Part shown: positions 19,938 to 29,687 of the stretch, piece after piece | Layout: each line of letters begins with the position of its first letter | Numbering within the stretch: the stretch's first letter is position 1 | Assembly: GCA_903873295.1 (NCBI GenBank) | Contig: CAIQNV010000157.1 | Span: 1,989-65,988, forward strand | Direction of reading: 5' to 3' | Length of the DNA: 64,000 nt | Source: an uncultured Elusimicrobia bacterium | GTDB taxonomy: Bacteria; Elusimicrobiota; Elusimicrobia; Elusimicrobiales; UBA9959 | Translations under genes and position numbers: made by a program | The notes under the pieces: generated by a model | What the model was told of the DNA's origin: nothing | Database searches by the model: none | The model's input: only the letters and a program-made list of their open reading frames with translations

Positions 19938-20068
19938 GGCCTGACGAGGGCATGGGTCCGGCGGGCCCTCACGGAGGCCGACGCTTGCGTAAGCGCGGAG
20001 GCCGAGTGAGGAGGGCGGCCACGGTGTGGCCGACCCGGTGCCCGACGGACCCATGCCCTCGTCAGGCC
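19938..20068. repeat. Palindromic element family B, short copy
   Basis: Terminal IR GGCCTGACGAGGGCATGGGTCCG / CGGACCCATGCCCTCGTCAGGCC; core shared with 13146-13400. Confidence 0.75.
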
Positions 20069-20078
20069 CCGCTGCGAA

Positions 20079-21893
20079 CTATTGCGCGGCTACTTCGCCG
20101 CTCTCCAGCGCCTGCAGCTCTACGGTGTGGGCGGCGATCTTGGCTTCGAGGGCGGTTATTTTATCGCCCAGCTCTTTTACCTGCCTGTAATCCGAATGAA
20201 TTTCGGGCGCGGACATTTTGGCGGCAAGGCTTTCCACCGTCTTGCGGGAGTAGGAGATTTCTTTCCTGAGGGTCTCGGCGCGGCGCGTCTTTTTCCGGCC
20301 CTCGGCTTCCTGGCGCTTTTTCTCTTCCCATTCAGAATTGTCGGCTTTGGGCGCGGACACAGCGTCGGTTTTTTTCTTCATCCCCGCGTTTTCGGCCAGT
20401 ATCTGGTCCTGGCGGTGACGGAAATAATCGTAATTGCCGGGGTAGACGGTGGTCTTACCCTGCTCTATGTGCACGACGGAGTCGGCCAGGGCGTTTATGA
20501 AATAGATGTCGTGGCTGATGAAGCAGAGCGTGCCTTCGAATTCCTTCAGGGCCGCTACCAGCGCGTCGACGCTGGGCATGTCCAGATGGGTGGTGGGCTC
20601 GTCCATGAGTATGGCGTTGGGCGGGTCCATAAGCAGCTTCACCAGCATCAGGCGGCTCTTTTCCCCGCCGGAGAGCACCTCGGTTTTTTTGTGGACATTG
20701 TCGCCGGGGAACAGGAAGGACCCCAGCACGGTCCTGACGACCAGCTCCGGGTTCATCCTGTCGTTGTCCATGGCTTCCTGCAGCACGGTCTTGCGCGGGT
20801 CCAGTATGCCCTCGCGGTGCTGCGAGAAATAGCCGGTCTTTACGTTCAAGCCCAGCTTGCGCTCGCCGGAGTCGGGTTCGATAACTCCGGCCAGTAATTT
20901 AAGAAGGGTGGATTTGCCGGCGCCGTTATGTCCGACAAAGGCCATCTTCTGGCCGCGCATCAGCTCGAAATCGAACCCTTCGTAAACCTTTATGGGCTCG
21001 CGGCCCGGCACTTCGTAGATCTTGCTGACATTTTTAAGCTCCAGCACCTTGGTGCCGGTGCGGCTGGGCTGCGGAAAGCGGATCTTCACGGCCTTGGTTT
21101 CCGCGATCAGCTCTATGCGCTCGAGTTTATCCAGGCGCTTTATCATGCTCTGCACGCGGGAGGCGGTGGAGACGCGGGCCCTGTTGCGGGCGATGAAGTC
21201 CTCCATCTGCGCGATGTCGTCCTGCTGCTGGCGCCAGGCCGAATAGATCTTGTCTTTCTCCGACTGGCGCTGGGCCAGGAAATTTTCATAGTCGCCGTAG
21301 TAGGCGCGCAGGGTCTTGTCCTGCACGGAAATTATAGCGTTGCAGACGGTATTCACGAAGGCGCGATCGTGCGAGATGACAAAAATGGCGCCCTGATAGC
21401 CCGCCATGTATTCCTGCAGCCACAGCAGCGAATCCAGGTCGAGATGGTTGGTGGGCTCGTCGAGAAGGAGGAGATCGGGTTTTTTGATCAGGAGTTTAGC
21501 CATGGCCACGCGCATGGCCCAGCCGCCGCTCAGCGTGTTAACCCTGCGCTCAAAATCGGTGACCTTGAAGCCCAGACCCATCAGTATGGCCTTGGCCTCC
21601 GCCTCTATGCGGCCGTCGTAGTCTTCCACCCCGTCCAGGGTTTCCTGCACCACGGTATGCTCCGAAGTGGGGGCGTTCTCCTGCGGCAGGTAGCCTACCA
21701 CCACGCCTTTCTTGAACTGTATCTCCCCCTCATCCACCTCTTCCTCGCGCAGCATCATTTTAAAAAGGGTGGATTTGCCGGAGCCGTTAGGGCCTACCAG
21801 CGCGAAGCGCTCCCCTTCGTTTATCTGCAGGGAGGCGCCCTCGAACAAGGTTTGGGAAGAAAATGACTTATGGATGTTCCTGATGGTTATCAT
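20079..21893 (-). CDS. ABC-F family ATPase
   Basis: Two NBDs (GPNGSGKST, GHNGAGKST), DEPTNHLD, no TM segments. Confidence 0.93.
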   Translation of the reverse strand: MITIRNIHKSFSSQTLFEGASLQINEGERFALVGPNGSGKSTLFKMMLREEEVDEGEIQFKKGVVVGYLPQENAPTSEHTVVQETLDGVEDYDGRIEAEAKAILMGLGFKVTDFERRVNTLSGGWAMRVAMAKLLIKKPDLLLLDEPTNHLDLDSLLWLQEYMAGYQGAIFVISHDRAFVNTVCNAIISVQDKTLRAYYGDYENFLAQRQSEKDKIYSAWRQQQDDIAQMEDFIARNRARVSTASRVQSMIKRLDKLERIELIAETKAVKIRFPQPSRTGTKVLELKNVSKIYEVPGREPIKVYEGFDFELMRGQKMAFVGHNGAGKSTLLKLLAGVIEPDSGERKLGLNVKTGYFSQHREGILDPRKTVLQEAMDNDRMNPELVVRTVLGSFLFPGDNVHKKTEVLSGGEKSRLMLVKLLMDPPNAILMDEPTTHLDMPSVDALVAALKEFEGTLCFISHDIYFINALADSVVHIEQGKTTVYPGNYDYFRHRQDQILAENAGMKKKTDAVSAPKADNSEWEEKKRQEAEGRKKTRRAETLRKEISYSRKTVESLAAKMSAPEIHSDYRQVKELGDKITALEAKIAAHTVELQALESGEVAAQ

Positions 21894-22079
21894 GATAGTA
21901 AAGCCCGCCGCGCGGGATCAGTAATTAGCAGTAAATTTTGCCGGGAACTGACAGGACTTCTGGGACTCAGGCCAACCGGACTGCCTACGTTTCTATTTTA
22001 GCATTTTTGACCCCCCAAAAAAAGCCCCGGCCCTTTTTATATAATGACCAGTAGGTTGAAAGTAGGACGCGCTGCCTGA

Positions 22080-22370
22080 GTGAGGCTGGAGGTTCTTATG
22101 TCTGCTGCTGTTATAAATATCGCCTGGGCGGTGGTTTTCGCGCTTGTCGGCGGCGCGGCGGGAGGGTTTCTCCTTATCTGGTTCTCTTCGCGCATCCCCG
22201 CGGTGTTCGATAAAATAACGCCCGACATGGACGAGGGCAAGGAAATAATCCGGGGCAACCGCGCGGTAGCCGATTATTTCGGGCGCATAGTTTCCGCCGC
22301 CATACTCGGCGTGAGCATAATAATCGCCGCGGCCGTGCTCGGCGGGCTTCTGGCCGCGCTCCACTACTAA
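22080..22370 (+). CDS. DUF350-like small membrane protein
   Basis: Two TM segments flanking FDKITP..D..KEIIRGNRAVA; start may be ATG 22098. Confidence 0.7.
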   Translation: MRLEVLMSAAVINIAWAVVFALVGGAAGGFLLIWFSSRIPAVFDKITPDMDEGKEIIRGNRAVADYFGRIVSAAILGVSIIIAAAVLGGLLAALHY

Positions 22371-22371
22371 A

Positions 22372-24132
22372 ATGAAATATCTGCTGCTGGCGGTTATCCT
22401 GCTTGCGCCCTGCGCGCCTGCCTGGCCCAGGGCCGGAGGAGGAGGAGGCGGCGGCGGTGGAGGCTGCTTTCCGGCGGGAACCGCCATAGCCACCATTTTA
22501 GGCAAAACCCCTATAGAGAAAATTCGTCCCGGCGACAGGGTGCTGGCTTTCACCGGGGAGCGGCTGGTGCAGGCCGAGGTTAAGGATTTTTACCAGAGGC
22601 GGGACCGCCTCATGATAATCCGGACCGCAAAAGGCAGGCTGACGGCCACAGAGGAACACCCGCTGCTCACCCCGGGCGGATTTACCGAAGTCCGCAACCT
22701 GAAGACCGGCATGGAAGTGGCGCTGCTGCTGGACGGCCGCCGCATCTGGACAAAGATCAGATCGATCAAGCCCGGCGGAGTTGCCGAAGTTTACAACCTG
22801 GAGGTCGCCCCCCCGCACACCTTCATCGCCGACGGCTTCATAGTTCATAACAAGGGCGGCGGCGGATCTTACCACAGCGGCGGGTACTACGGGGGCGGCC
22901 GCTACTACGGCGGCGGGTCCTTCGGGGATATTTTTCTGGCCGCTTTGTTCGGCATATTTTTCCTGATAAAGGGCGTCATCTTCCTGTCGGAGCGCGGCAG
23001 CGGCTCCGCAAAAAACCCGCTTCTGGAGAGCGGCAGTGTGACGCCCAGGGCGGAAGCCACTCTCGAAATACTTAAAAGCCTGTCGCGCAGGGACGCGGCT
23101 TTTGAGCCGGACCGGCTGGAAAGTTTCGTGAGGGATGTCTTTATCCGGGTGCAAACCGCTTGGCAGGCCCGCGACTACAGCACGCTGCACGACGTTATGA
23201 TGCCGAACCTTCTAGCGGGACACAGCGCGGAAGTGAAAACCATGAAGGAGCGGGGCGAGATAAACATGATGGAGGACCTGAAAATACTCCGCATAGACTT
23301 TGTGCACGTGCGCTGCCCGCAGGAAGCGGATGGCCGTTCTTTCACAGCCCTGATCACAGCCTCGGCGCGGGATTACACGGTAGACGAAAGCACCAATTTC
23401 CGCAGGAGCGGCAGCCTCGAGCCGGCGCCCTTTCAGGAATTCTGGACTTTCTACCGGCTTAACGGGAATTGGGCGCTCTCCCGGATAGACCAGGTAGACG
23501 AGCTGGACTTTCTGCACGCCCCGAACCTGCCGGCAAGCCCGCAGGACGCCGCCGCTTTCCCGCAGGCCGCGGGCCTGGCCGCGGCGGCGGCCGCCACGGG
23601 GGAGCTCTGTAAACCCGCTCCGCCGCCCGCGGCGGCCGCGCCGGACGAAGGGTTGTGGGACAGGCAGAAAATGGAGATAGCCGCCACGCTGGCTTTTGAG
23701 AGCGTCTACGGCGCCTGGGGGAAGAATGACGGCTCGCTGCTCAATGCGGAATTTGTTTCCGCGGAGGCCCTGGCCAGGCTCAAACAAATAATGGAGGAAC
23801 GGAAGTCGGAAGGCCTGAGCTTTGAATTCAACAGCCTGTTCACGCGCAGAGCGGAAATAGTGCTGACCAGCCCGGCCTCGAAAAGTAAGCTCCGCTTCGA
23901 CGAATTTACGGCCAGGATAACGGCCACCGCCGTGCGCTCCCTGCTGCGCAACGGCAAGCAGCTGCACCGCGACGCGGCGCCGCAGCCTTTCACTGAATAT
24001 TGGGTTTTCGGCCGGCAGAAAGACGACTGGAAGCTGCGCGACATACTCCCCCGCATGGAACAGGAGGGCGCCGACACCGCCCAGGACGGCGCGCCAAGCC
24101 CGGTGCAGCTGGAGTGGTACTGGTCAGCCTGA
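22372..24132 (+). CDS. Exported Hint-domain / tandem Tim44-like domain protein
   Basis: Signal peptide, G10, Hint (CFPAGT...TEEHP...VYNLEV...FIVHN), Gly/Tyr-rich linker, TM, then two Tim44-like repeats (FQEFWTF..W.L; FTEYWVF..W.L). Confidence 0.85.
   Translation: MKYLLLAVILLAPCAPAWPRAGGGGGGGGGGCFPAGTAIATILGKTPIEKIRPGDRVLAFTGERLVQAEVKDFYQRRDRLMIIRTAKGRLTATEEHPLLTPGGFTEVRNLKTGMEVALLLDGRRIWTKIRSIKPGGVAEVYNLEVAPPHTFIADGFIVHNKGGGGSYHSGGYYGGGRYYGGGSFGDIFLAALFGIFFLIKGVIFLSERGSGSAKNPLLESGSVTPRAEATLEILKSLSRRDAAFEPDRLESFVRDVFIRVQTAWQARDYSTLHDVMMPNLLAGHSAEVKTMKERGEINMMEDLKILRIDFVHVRCPQEADGRSFTALITASARDYTVDESTNFRRSGSLEPAPFQEFWTFYRLNGNWALSRIDQVDELDFLHAPNLPASPQDAAAFPQAAGLAAAAAATGELCKPAPPPAAAAPDEGLWDRQKMEIAATLAFESVYGAWGKNDGSLLNAEFVSAEALARLKQIMEERKSEGLSFEFNSLFTRRAEIVLTSPASKSKLRFDEFTARITATAVRSLLRNGKQLHRDAAPQPFTEYWVFGRQKDDWKLRDILPRMEQEGADTAQDGAPSPVQLEWYWSA
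22465..22851 (+). other. Hint / bacterial intein-like domain (129 aa)
   Basis: Cys1 at 22465, block B TxxH, terminal His-Asn at 22846-22851 followed by Lys. Confidence 0.88.
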
Positions 24133-24483
24133 AAGTTTCACTTTATAGCCGGCGGCTTCAAGCTCTTTTTTGACAAAATCCCGGCGGTCTCCCTGGATCT
24201 CGAGGACGCCATTCTTGACGGTCCCCCCCGCGCCCAGACGCTTCTTGAATTTTTTCAGCAGCTCTTCCTTGCCCGCCGGGTGCATCGGCAGCTTTTCCAC
24301 CAGCGTGAGCCCGCTGCCCTTGCCTGTTTTACGGAAAGAGACGCGCACAGGCTCGGTCTGCGTCCGCTTCCGCAGTTCCCCCGCCAGCCCTTCCGGACAA
24401 ACGCACGGAGTCTTACCGCAATTGGGACAGTTGACCGCACCTTCGGGACCCGTAGAATAAACCAGCCTGTCATTATCGCTCAC
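24124..24483 (-). CDS. yciH: SUI1/YciH translation initiation factor homolog
   Basis: LVYST, CPNC..PCVC, KRLGAGGTVKNGVLEIQGD. Confidence 0.88.
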   Translation of the reverse strand: MSDNDRLVYSTGPEGAVNCPNCGKTPCVCPEGLAGELRKRTQTEPVRVSFRKTGKGSGLTLVEKLPMHPAGKEELLKKFKKRLGAGGTVKNGVLEIQGDRRDFVKKELEAAGYKVKLSG

Positions 24484-25186
24484 GGTTTACCCCCTTCCCG
24501 ACAAGAAGCCCGCGCAGTGTTTCCATATCGGCGAGGAAAGGGGGGCTTTTTTTACAGGCGCGGTACAGCTTGTCTGCAAGTTTTTTTCCGGCCTCGATGT
24601 CAGCCGGGTGATGGACACCCCCTATTACCCGGTCCAGCGCCGCCCTGTCGGCGCGGGCGAAAAACTCCTTCTTCCCGGTCGGGACGAGATCGGAGAGCAT
24701 CAGCGCGAACAGCCGCGAAATAGCGGCATGTCCGCTGGGATAGGCCAGGCCCCCTATGCGGCCCAGGCAGGGATCCAGCGCCGGGTCGCGCAGGAAGGGC
24801 CGCTGCCTTTTGAACATATCCTTAACATCCGCGGCCGCACCGTCGGCCTCGGCCTTCACCCGCTTTAAAATTACAGCCGCCGCTTCGGGCAGCGGCCTGG
24901 GAAAAGGGCTTATATCGCCGAATAATTCCTCGTAGCTGGCGTGCAGGGCGGCGCCCGCCCGGGCGCAGTCCCGCGCGGTGCGCTTCTTCTGCCAGCCCAT
25001 CACGGCGGCGAGGTCGGCCTTGTCTTTCCTGGAGCCGGCTTCCGGCGGCGGCGGAAAATCCGGGAACCTCTGCTGTTCGGCGGTCAGGTAATAAGTGGTG
25101 CGCGGAATTATCCACTCTTCGGAAAAGAGGCAGGCCGGGAACAGAACGGCGGCCGCGAGGCTTAAAAGAAGTTTCCTCAGATCCAT
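24473..25186 (-). CDS. Class A acid phosphatase (PAP2)
   Basis: K..F.RQRP, YPSGH, RVIGGVHHPAD; signal peptide. Confidence 0.87.
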   Translation of the reverse strand: MDLRKLLLSLAAAVLFPACLFSEEWIIPRTTYYLTAEQQRFPDFPPPPEAGSRKDKADLAAVMGWQKKRTARDCARAGAALHASYEELFGDISPFPRPLPEAAAVILKRVKAEADGAAADVKDMFKRQRPFLRDPALDPCLGRIGGLAYPSGHAAISRLFALMLSDLVPTGKKEFFARADRAALDRVIGGVHHPADIEAGKKLADKLYRACKKSPPFLADMETLRGLLVGKGVNRER

Positions 25187-25202
25187 AAAGGGAGTTCCGG
25201 GT

Positions 25203-25466
25203 TTAATTATCCACCGTTGAGATAGCTTCTATCATAGCCCAGTCAACGAAGGCGCGCCTGCCCTGGCCCCTGTTGACGACCAGGCACTCCTCGGTGTCGG
25301 TGATCGACTCGGCCCTGAGCGCTCCCGCCTGGGTAGCCGCTCTGATCACGATCACGAACTGCTTATCTTTGATGGTGTACGTCGACTCTCCAGGCAGGGA
25401 ATCCGTGCTGTCGGGGTCTAAAATGAACCGTTTTTTAAATAAATTCTGCCACGCTGTCCTGTCCAT
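25203..25466 (-). CDS. Hypothetical protein
   Basis: ATG 25466 after AGGAGG; 87 aa. Confidence 0.6.
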   Translation of the reverse strand: MDRTAWQNLFKKRFILDPDSTDSLPGESTYTIKDKQFVIVIRAATQAGALRAESITDTEECLVVNRGQGRRAFVDWAMIEAISTVDN

Positions 25467-25687
25467 ACTTTTGCCTCCTGAGGACCTGAAGTTTAAAATG
25501 TATGCCTTTATATTATAAAGTCCGGAGATTAAATTTAAGTCTATCATTTTTTAAACCGCAAACAGGAAACACGAGGCTGGCGACGCGCCGCTTTCCCGCT
25601 TGTTCGCAGCGGCCGGCGAGGTAATTTCCCCCGCCCGCCACCGGAAAAAGTTATAATTTCTTAAATTCGCCGGACCGGGAGGAAGCT

Positions 25688-27121
25688 ATGAGCAGCGCGA
25701 TCAAGGAGAACACCGAAACCATGAAGAAAGACTTTAAAGTCAAGGACCTGAGCCTGGCCGCCTGGGGCCGCCGCGAGATAGAGATAGCGGAAAAAGAGAT
25801 GCCCGGCCTGATGTCCATACGAGGGAAATTCGCGTCTAAAAAACCCCTCAAGGGCGCCCGCGTGATGGGCTCGCTGCACATGACCACCCAGACCGCGGTG
25901 CTCATAGAAACGCTGTCAGCCCTCGGCGCCGAAGTGCGCTGGTGCTCCTGCAATATTTTCTCCACCAGCGACCAGGCCGCGGCGGCCATAGCCGCTGCCG
26001 GCATACCGGTGTTCGCCTGGAAGGGCGAGACCCTGGCCGAATACTGGTGGTGCACCGAGCGCGCGCTCGATTTCGGCGGCGGCAAAGGCCCCCACCTTAT
26101 AGTCGACGACGGCGGCGACGCCACCATGATGCTGCACCGCGGCGCGGCGGCTGAGAAGAACGCGAAAATACTCGACGCCAAAGCCGACTGCGAAGACGAG
26201 CAGGAACTCAACAAGTGCCTTAAAGCCATCCTCAGGTCTTCCCCTAAGCGCTGGCACCTGGCCGTGAAGGACTGGAAAGGCGTCTCGGAAGAGACCACCA
26301 CCGGCGTGCACCGCCTGTACCAGATGCACGAGGCCGGCACTCTTATGGTCCCCGCCATCAACGTGAACGATTCCGTCACCAAGTCCAAGTTCGACAACCT
26401 GTACGGCTGCCGCGAATCCCTGGCGGACGGCATCAAGCGCGCCACCGACGTTATGATAGCCGGCAAGGTCTGCGTGGTCTGCGGCTACGGCGACGTGGGC
26501 AAGGGCTCGTCCCGCTCGCTGCGCGGCTTCGGCGCGCGCGTCATAGTCACGGAGATAGACCCCATCTGCGCCCTGCAGGCCGCCATGGAGGGCTTTGAAG
26601 TCTCCACCGTGGAAGATACGCTGGGCGTGGGCGACGTATATGTCACGACCACCGGCAACAAGGACATCATCCGCCTCGAGCATATGCTTAAGATGAAGGA
26701 CCAGGCCATAGTCTGCAATATCGGCCATTTCGACAATGAGATCCAGGTGGAAGCCCTGAAGAACGCCAGGGGCGTGAAGATGGTCAACATAAAGCCGCAG
26801 GTGGACCGCTTCGACCTCCCTAACGGCCGTTCGCTATACCTGCTCGCGGAAGGCCGCCTGGTGAACCTGGGCTGCGCCAAGGGCCACCCGTCGTTCGTAA
26901 TGAGCAACTCTTTCTCGAACCAGACGCTGGCCCAGCTTGAGCTGTGGACAAAGAAGATGGAGGTGGGCGTGTACCGCCTCCCCAAGCACCTGGACGAGGA
27001 AGTGGCCCGCCTGCACCTGGAGAAGATCGGCGTGAAGCTGACCAAGCTCACCAAAGAGCAGGCCGATTATATAGGAGTGAAGCAGGACGGCCCCTACAAG
27101 CCGGACCATTACCGCTACTGA
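25688..27121 (+). CDS. ahcY: Adenosylhomocysteinase
   Basis: [49 protein letters not shown]. Confidence 0.97.
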   Translation: MSSAIKENTETMKKDFKVKDLSLAAWGRREIEIAEKEMPGLMSIRGKFASKKPLKGARVMGSLHMTTQTAVLIETLSALGAEVRWCSCNIFSTSDQAAAAIAAAGIPVFAWKGETLAEYWWCTERALDFGGGKGPHLIVDDGGDATMMLHRGAAAEKNAKILDAKADCEDEQELNKCLKAILRSSPKRWHLAVKDWKGVSEETTTGVHRLYQMHEAGTLMVPAINVNDSVTKSKFDNLYGCRESLADGIKRATDVMIAGKVCVVCGYGDVGKGSSRSLRGFGARVIVTEIDPICALQAAMEGFEVSTVEDTLGVGDVYVTTTGNKDIIRLEHMLKMKDQAIVCNIGHFDNEIQVEALKNARGVKMVNIKPQVDRFDLPNGRSLYLLAEGRLVNLGCAKGHPSFVMSNSFSNQTLAQLELWTKKMEVGVYRLPKHLDEEVARLHLEKIGVKLTKLTKEQADYIGVKQDGPYKPDHYRY

Positions 27122-27134
27122 GCGGTACAGGATA

Positions 27135-27166
27135 AAAGAACGTCCGCTTAGGCGGACGTTTTTTTA
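27135..27166 (+). terminator. Intrinsic terminator after ahcY
   Basis: AACGTCCGC-TTAG-GCGGACGTT followed by a T-run. Confidence 0.8.
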
Positions 27167-27197
27167 TTACCCTGAGGCTTTTCAGGATACCACTAAT

Positions 27198-29681
27198 ATG
27201 GTCTTGCCCATACAGCAGAACGCCGAGCGGATAATTCAGGCCGCGGCCAGAAGCCGCAGGCTTATAATTTCCTCCCCCCCCGGCTCCGGCAAATCCACCC
27301 AGGTACCCCAATTGCTGCTGGACCGCTGCGGCCTTAAAGGGCGCATAGCCGTGCTGGAGCCGCGCCGCCTGGCCGCGCGCATGCTGGCCGACCGGGTGGC
27401 CGGGGAGCGCGGCGGAACGGCCGGCGGCGAGGTGGGCTACCGCGTGCGCTTCGACGACAAGACCGGCCCGAAGACCCGCATTATTTTCGAGACCGAAGGC
27501 ATACTGCTGCGCGAGCTGGTCACGGACCCGCTGCTTAAGAACTATTCAGCCATCATACTCGACGAGTTCCACGAGCGCCACCTCCACGGCGACATAACGC
27601 TGGCCGCCTGCCTGGCCCTGCAGCGGGGTTCCCGGCCCGATCTGCTGGTGGTAGTAATGTCCGCCACGCTGGACGAAAAAAAGCTGGCCGCCTACCTGGC
27701 GCCCTGCGAAATCGTGCTGGCGGAAGGCAGGGCCTACCCGGTGACCATCGCCTATTGCGGGCCTGAAACGGCGAAACTTCCGCCCTGGGAAGCCGCCGCA
27801 AAAACCTGCGCGCAGGTCCTTCCGGCGGTAAAAGAAGGCCACGCGCTGGTCTTCATGCCGGGCGCCTATGAGATCGGCCGCACCGCCTCCGCTATTTCCG
27901 CCCTGCCGCAGTTCTCGGGCTTTTCAATAATGCCGCTGCACGGAGAAATGACGCCGCGCGACCAGGACGCGGCCCTGGCCCCTTCGGACAGGCGCAAAAT
28001 AATAATAGCCACCAACATAGCCGAGACTTCGCTCACGATAGAAGGCGTCACCGCCGTAATAGACAGCGGCCTGGCGCGCATAGCCCGCTACGACGGAACG
28101 CGCGGGATAAACACCCTTTTCACGGAGAACATAGCGGCCCCGTCCGCGGCACAGAGGGCGGGGCGCGCCGGCAGGACTCGACCCGGAGTTTGCGCGCGGC
28201 TCTGGAGCGAGCGGGAGAACGCCGGCCGCCCCGCTTCCCTTGAGCCGGAGATACTGCGCCTGGATGTAAGCGAAGCCCTGCTCACGCTTAAAGCCTGCGG
28301 CTTCCGCGGTTTTGATTCCCTCCGCTGGCTTGACCCGCCGGACGCGCATGACGCGGCCAGGGCGGAAACACTGCTTAGGGAGCTTAACGCCGCGGACGCT
28401 AAAGGTTCGCTCACCCCGGAAGGGCGGGCCATGGCGAAATATCCCCTGCATCCGCGCTATTCGCGCATGATGGTGGAGGGCGCGCGCCTGGGCTGCGCCT
28501 ATGAGTGCGCCCTTATCGCCGCCGCGGCGCAGGGCCGGGGCTTATGGCTGGACGAAGGGAGGCAGGCCGAAAGCCGCTACGCCGAATTGCGCTCCGATCT
28601 CGCGGCCGTCATAAAAGCCCTTGAGGCCTGCGCGGATTCCGATTTCGACCCCTCCGCCTGCCAGCGCGCGGGGCTCAGGCACGCGGCGGCGCGCGACGCC
28701 TGGCGGCTGGCAAACCGCCTGGCGGGCGGCGCAAGGCCGGCCGGGGGAAAAGCTCTGGCGTCGGCCTCTCAATGTTTCCTGCGGGCTTTCCCCGACAGGG
28801 TAGCCGCGCTGTTCTCCGCAGGGCGGGGCCGCTACCAGCTGCCCGGCGGCAAGCGCGCCCGGCTGAGCCCCAAAAGCGCGGCCTCCGGCGCCGCCATCAT
28901 CTGCGCCGGAGAGGCGATGGAAAGCCTGCAGAAGACCGGCGCCGATATCACGCTCTCCTTCGCGGCGGAAATCAAAGAAGACTGGCTGAGGGAGGCATTC
29001 CCCGGAGATATCGAGGAAGTTTCACGCCCCGCTCTCGACGAGAATATGCTGACCCCCGTTATGGAAAATCTGACGCTGTACCGCGGCGTGATCATACGCA
29101 GGGAAATAACCGCGGCTAAGCCCAGCAAACCGTCTTCGGACCTTATAGCCGAAGAATTTATCAGCGGCCGGCAGAAACTGCAGCATTGGGACGAGGAGGT
29201 CGACGACTGGCTCGCCAGAGTGGAATTCCTGGCCAAAGCCTGCCCCGATCTCGGCCTTGAGCCGTTAAGCGAAGACGATATTAAACTGGTTATCGCCGAC
29301 ATCTGCGCCGGCGCCCGCAGCGTGGCCGAAGCTAAAACACGCCCCGTAATGCCGGCCCTGCAGGAATGGTTCGGCTGGGAAAAAACCCGCCTTATCGACA
29401 GACACGCCCCGGCCCGCATGGAGAGGCCCGGCGGGCGCAGGGCTAAAATTACATACCCGCGCGGCCGCGAGCCCTATCTTGAGGCGAAAATACAGGACCT
29501 GTTTTCGGTGACCGAAACCCCTCGGGTGGCGGCGGGCCGGGTGCCGCTGGTGGTGCACATACTGGCCCCCTCCATGCGCCCGGTGCAGGTGACGAAAGAT
29601 CTGAAAAGTTTCTGGGCGGAAAGCTACCCCAAGCTTAAGCCGGCCCTCTCCCGCCGCTACCCCCGCCACAAGTGGCTGTAA
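27198..29681 (+). CDS. hrpB: ATP-dependent RNA helicase HrpB
   Basis: PPGSGKST, DEFHER, MSAT, ATNIAETSLTI, QRAGRAGR, RRYPRHKW. Confidence 0.94.
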   Translation: MVLPIQQNAERIIQAAARSRRLIISSPPGSGKSTQVPQLLLDRCGLKGRIAVLEPRRLAARMLADRVAGERGGTAGGEVGYRVRFDDKTGPKTRIIFETEGILLRELVTDPLLKNYSAIILDEFHERHLHGDITLAACLALQRGSRPDLLVVVMSATLDEKKLAAYLAPCEIVLAEGRAYPVTIAYCGPETAKLPPWEAAAKTCAQVLPAVKEGHALVFMPGAYEIGRTASAISALPQFSGFSIMPLHGEMTPRDQDAALAPSDRRKIIIATNIAETSLTIEGVTAVIDSGLARIARYDGTRGINTLFTENIAAPSAAQRAGRAGRTRPGVCARLWSERENAGRPASLEPEILRLDVSEALLTLKACGFRGFDSLRWLDPPDAHDAARAETLLRELNAADAKGSLTPEGRAMAKYPLHPRYSRMMVEGARLGCAYECALIAAAAQGRGLWLDEGRQAESRYAELRSDLAAVIKALEACADSDFDPSACQRAGLRHAAARDAWRLANRLAGGARPAGGKALASASQCFLRAFPDRVAALFSAGRGRYQLPGGKRARLSPKSAASGAAIICAGEAMESLQKTGADITLSFAAEIKEDWLREAFPGDIEEVSRPALDENMLTPVMENLTLYRGVIIRREITAAKPSKPSSDLIAEEFISGRQKLQHWDEEVDDWLARVEFLAKACPDLGLEPLSEDDIKLVIADICAGARSVAEAKTRPVMPALQEWFGWEKTRLIDRHAPARMERPGGRRAKITYPRGREPYLEAKIQDLFSVTETPRVAAGRVPLVVHILAPSMRPVQVTKDLKSFWAESYPKLKPALSRRYPRHKWL

Positions 29682-29687
29682 AGAAAT

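Noticed and set aside
22465-22851. Canonical mobile intein
   Set aside because: +1 residue is Lys and there is no homing endonuclease; treated as BIL-like
25560-25687. SAH/SAM riboswitch upstream of ahcY
   Set aside because: No recognisable consensus; TATAAT at about 25652 leaves only a ~30-nt leader
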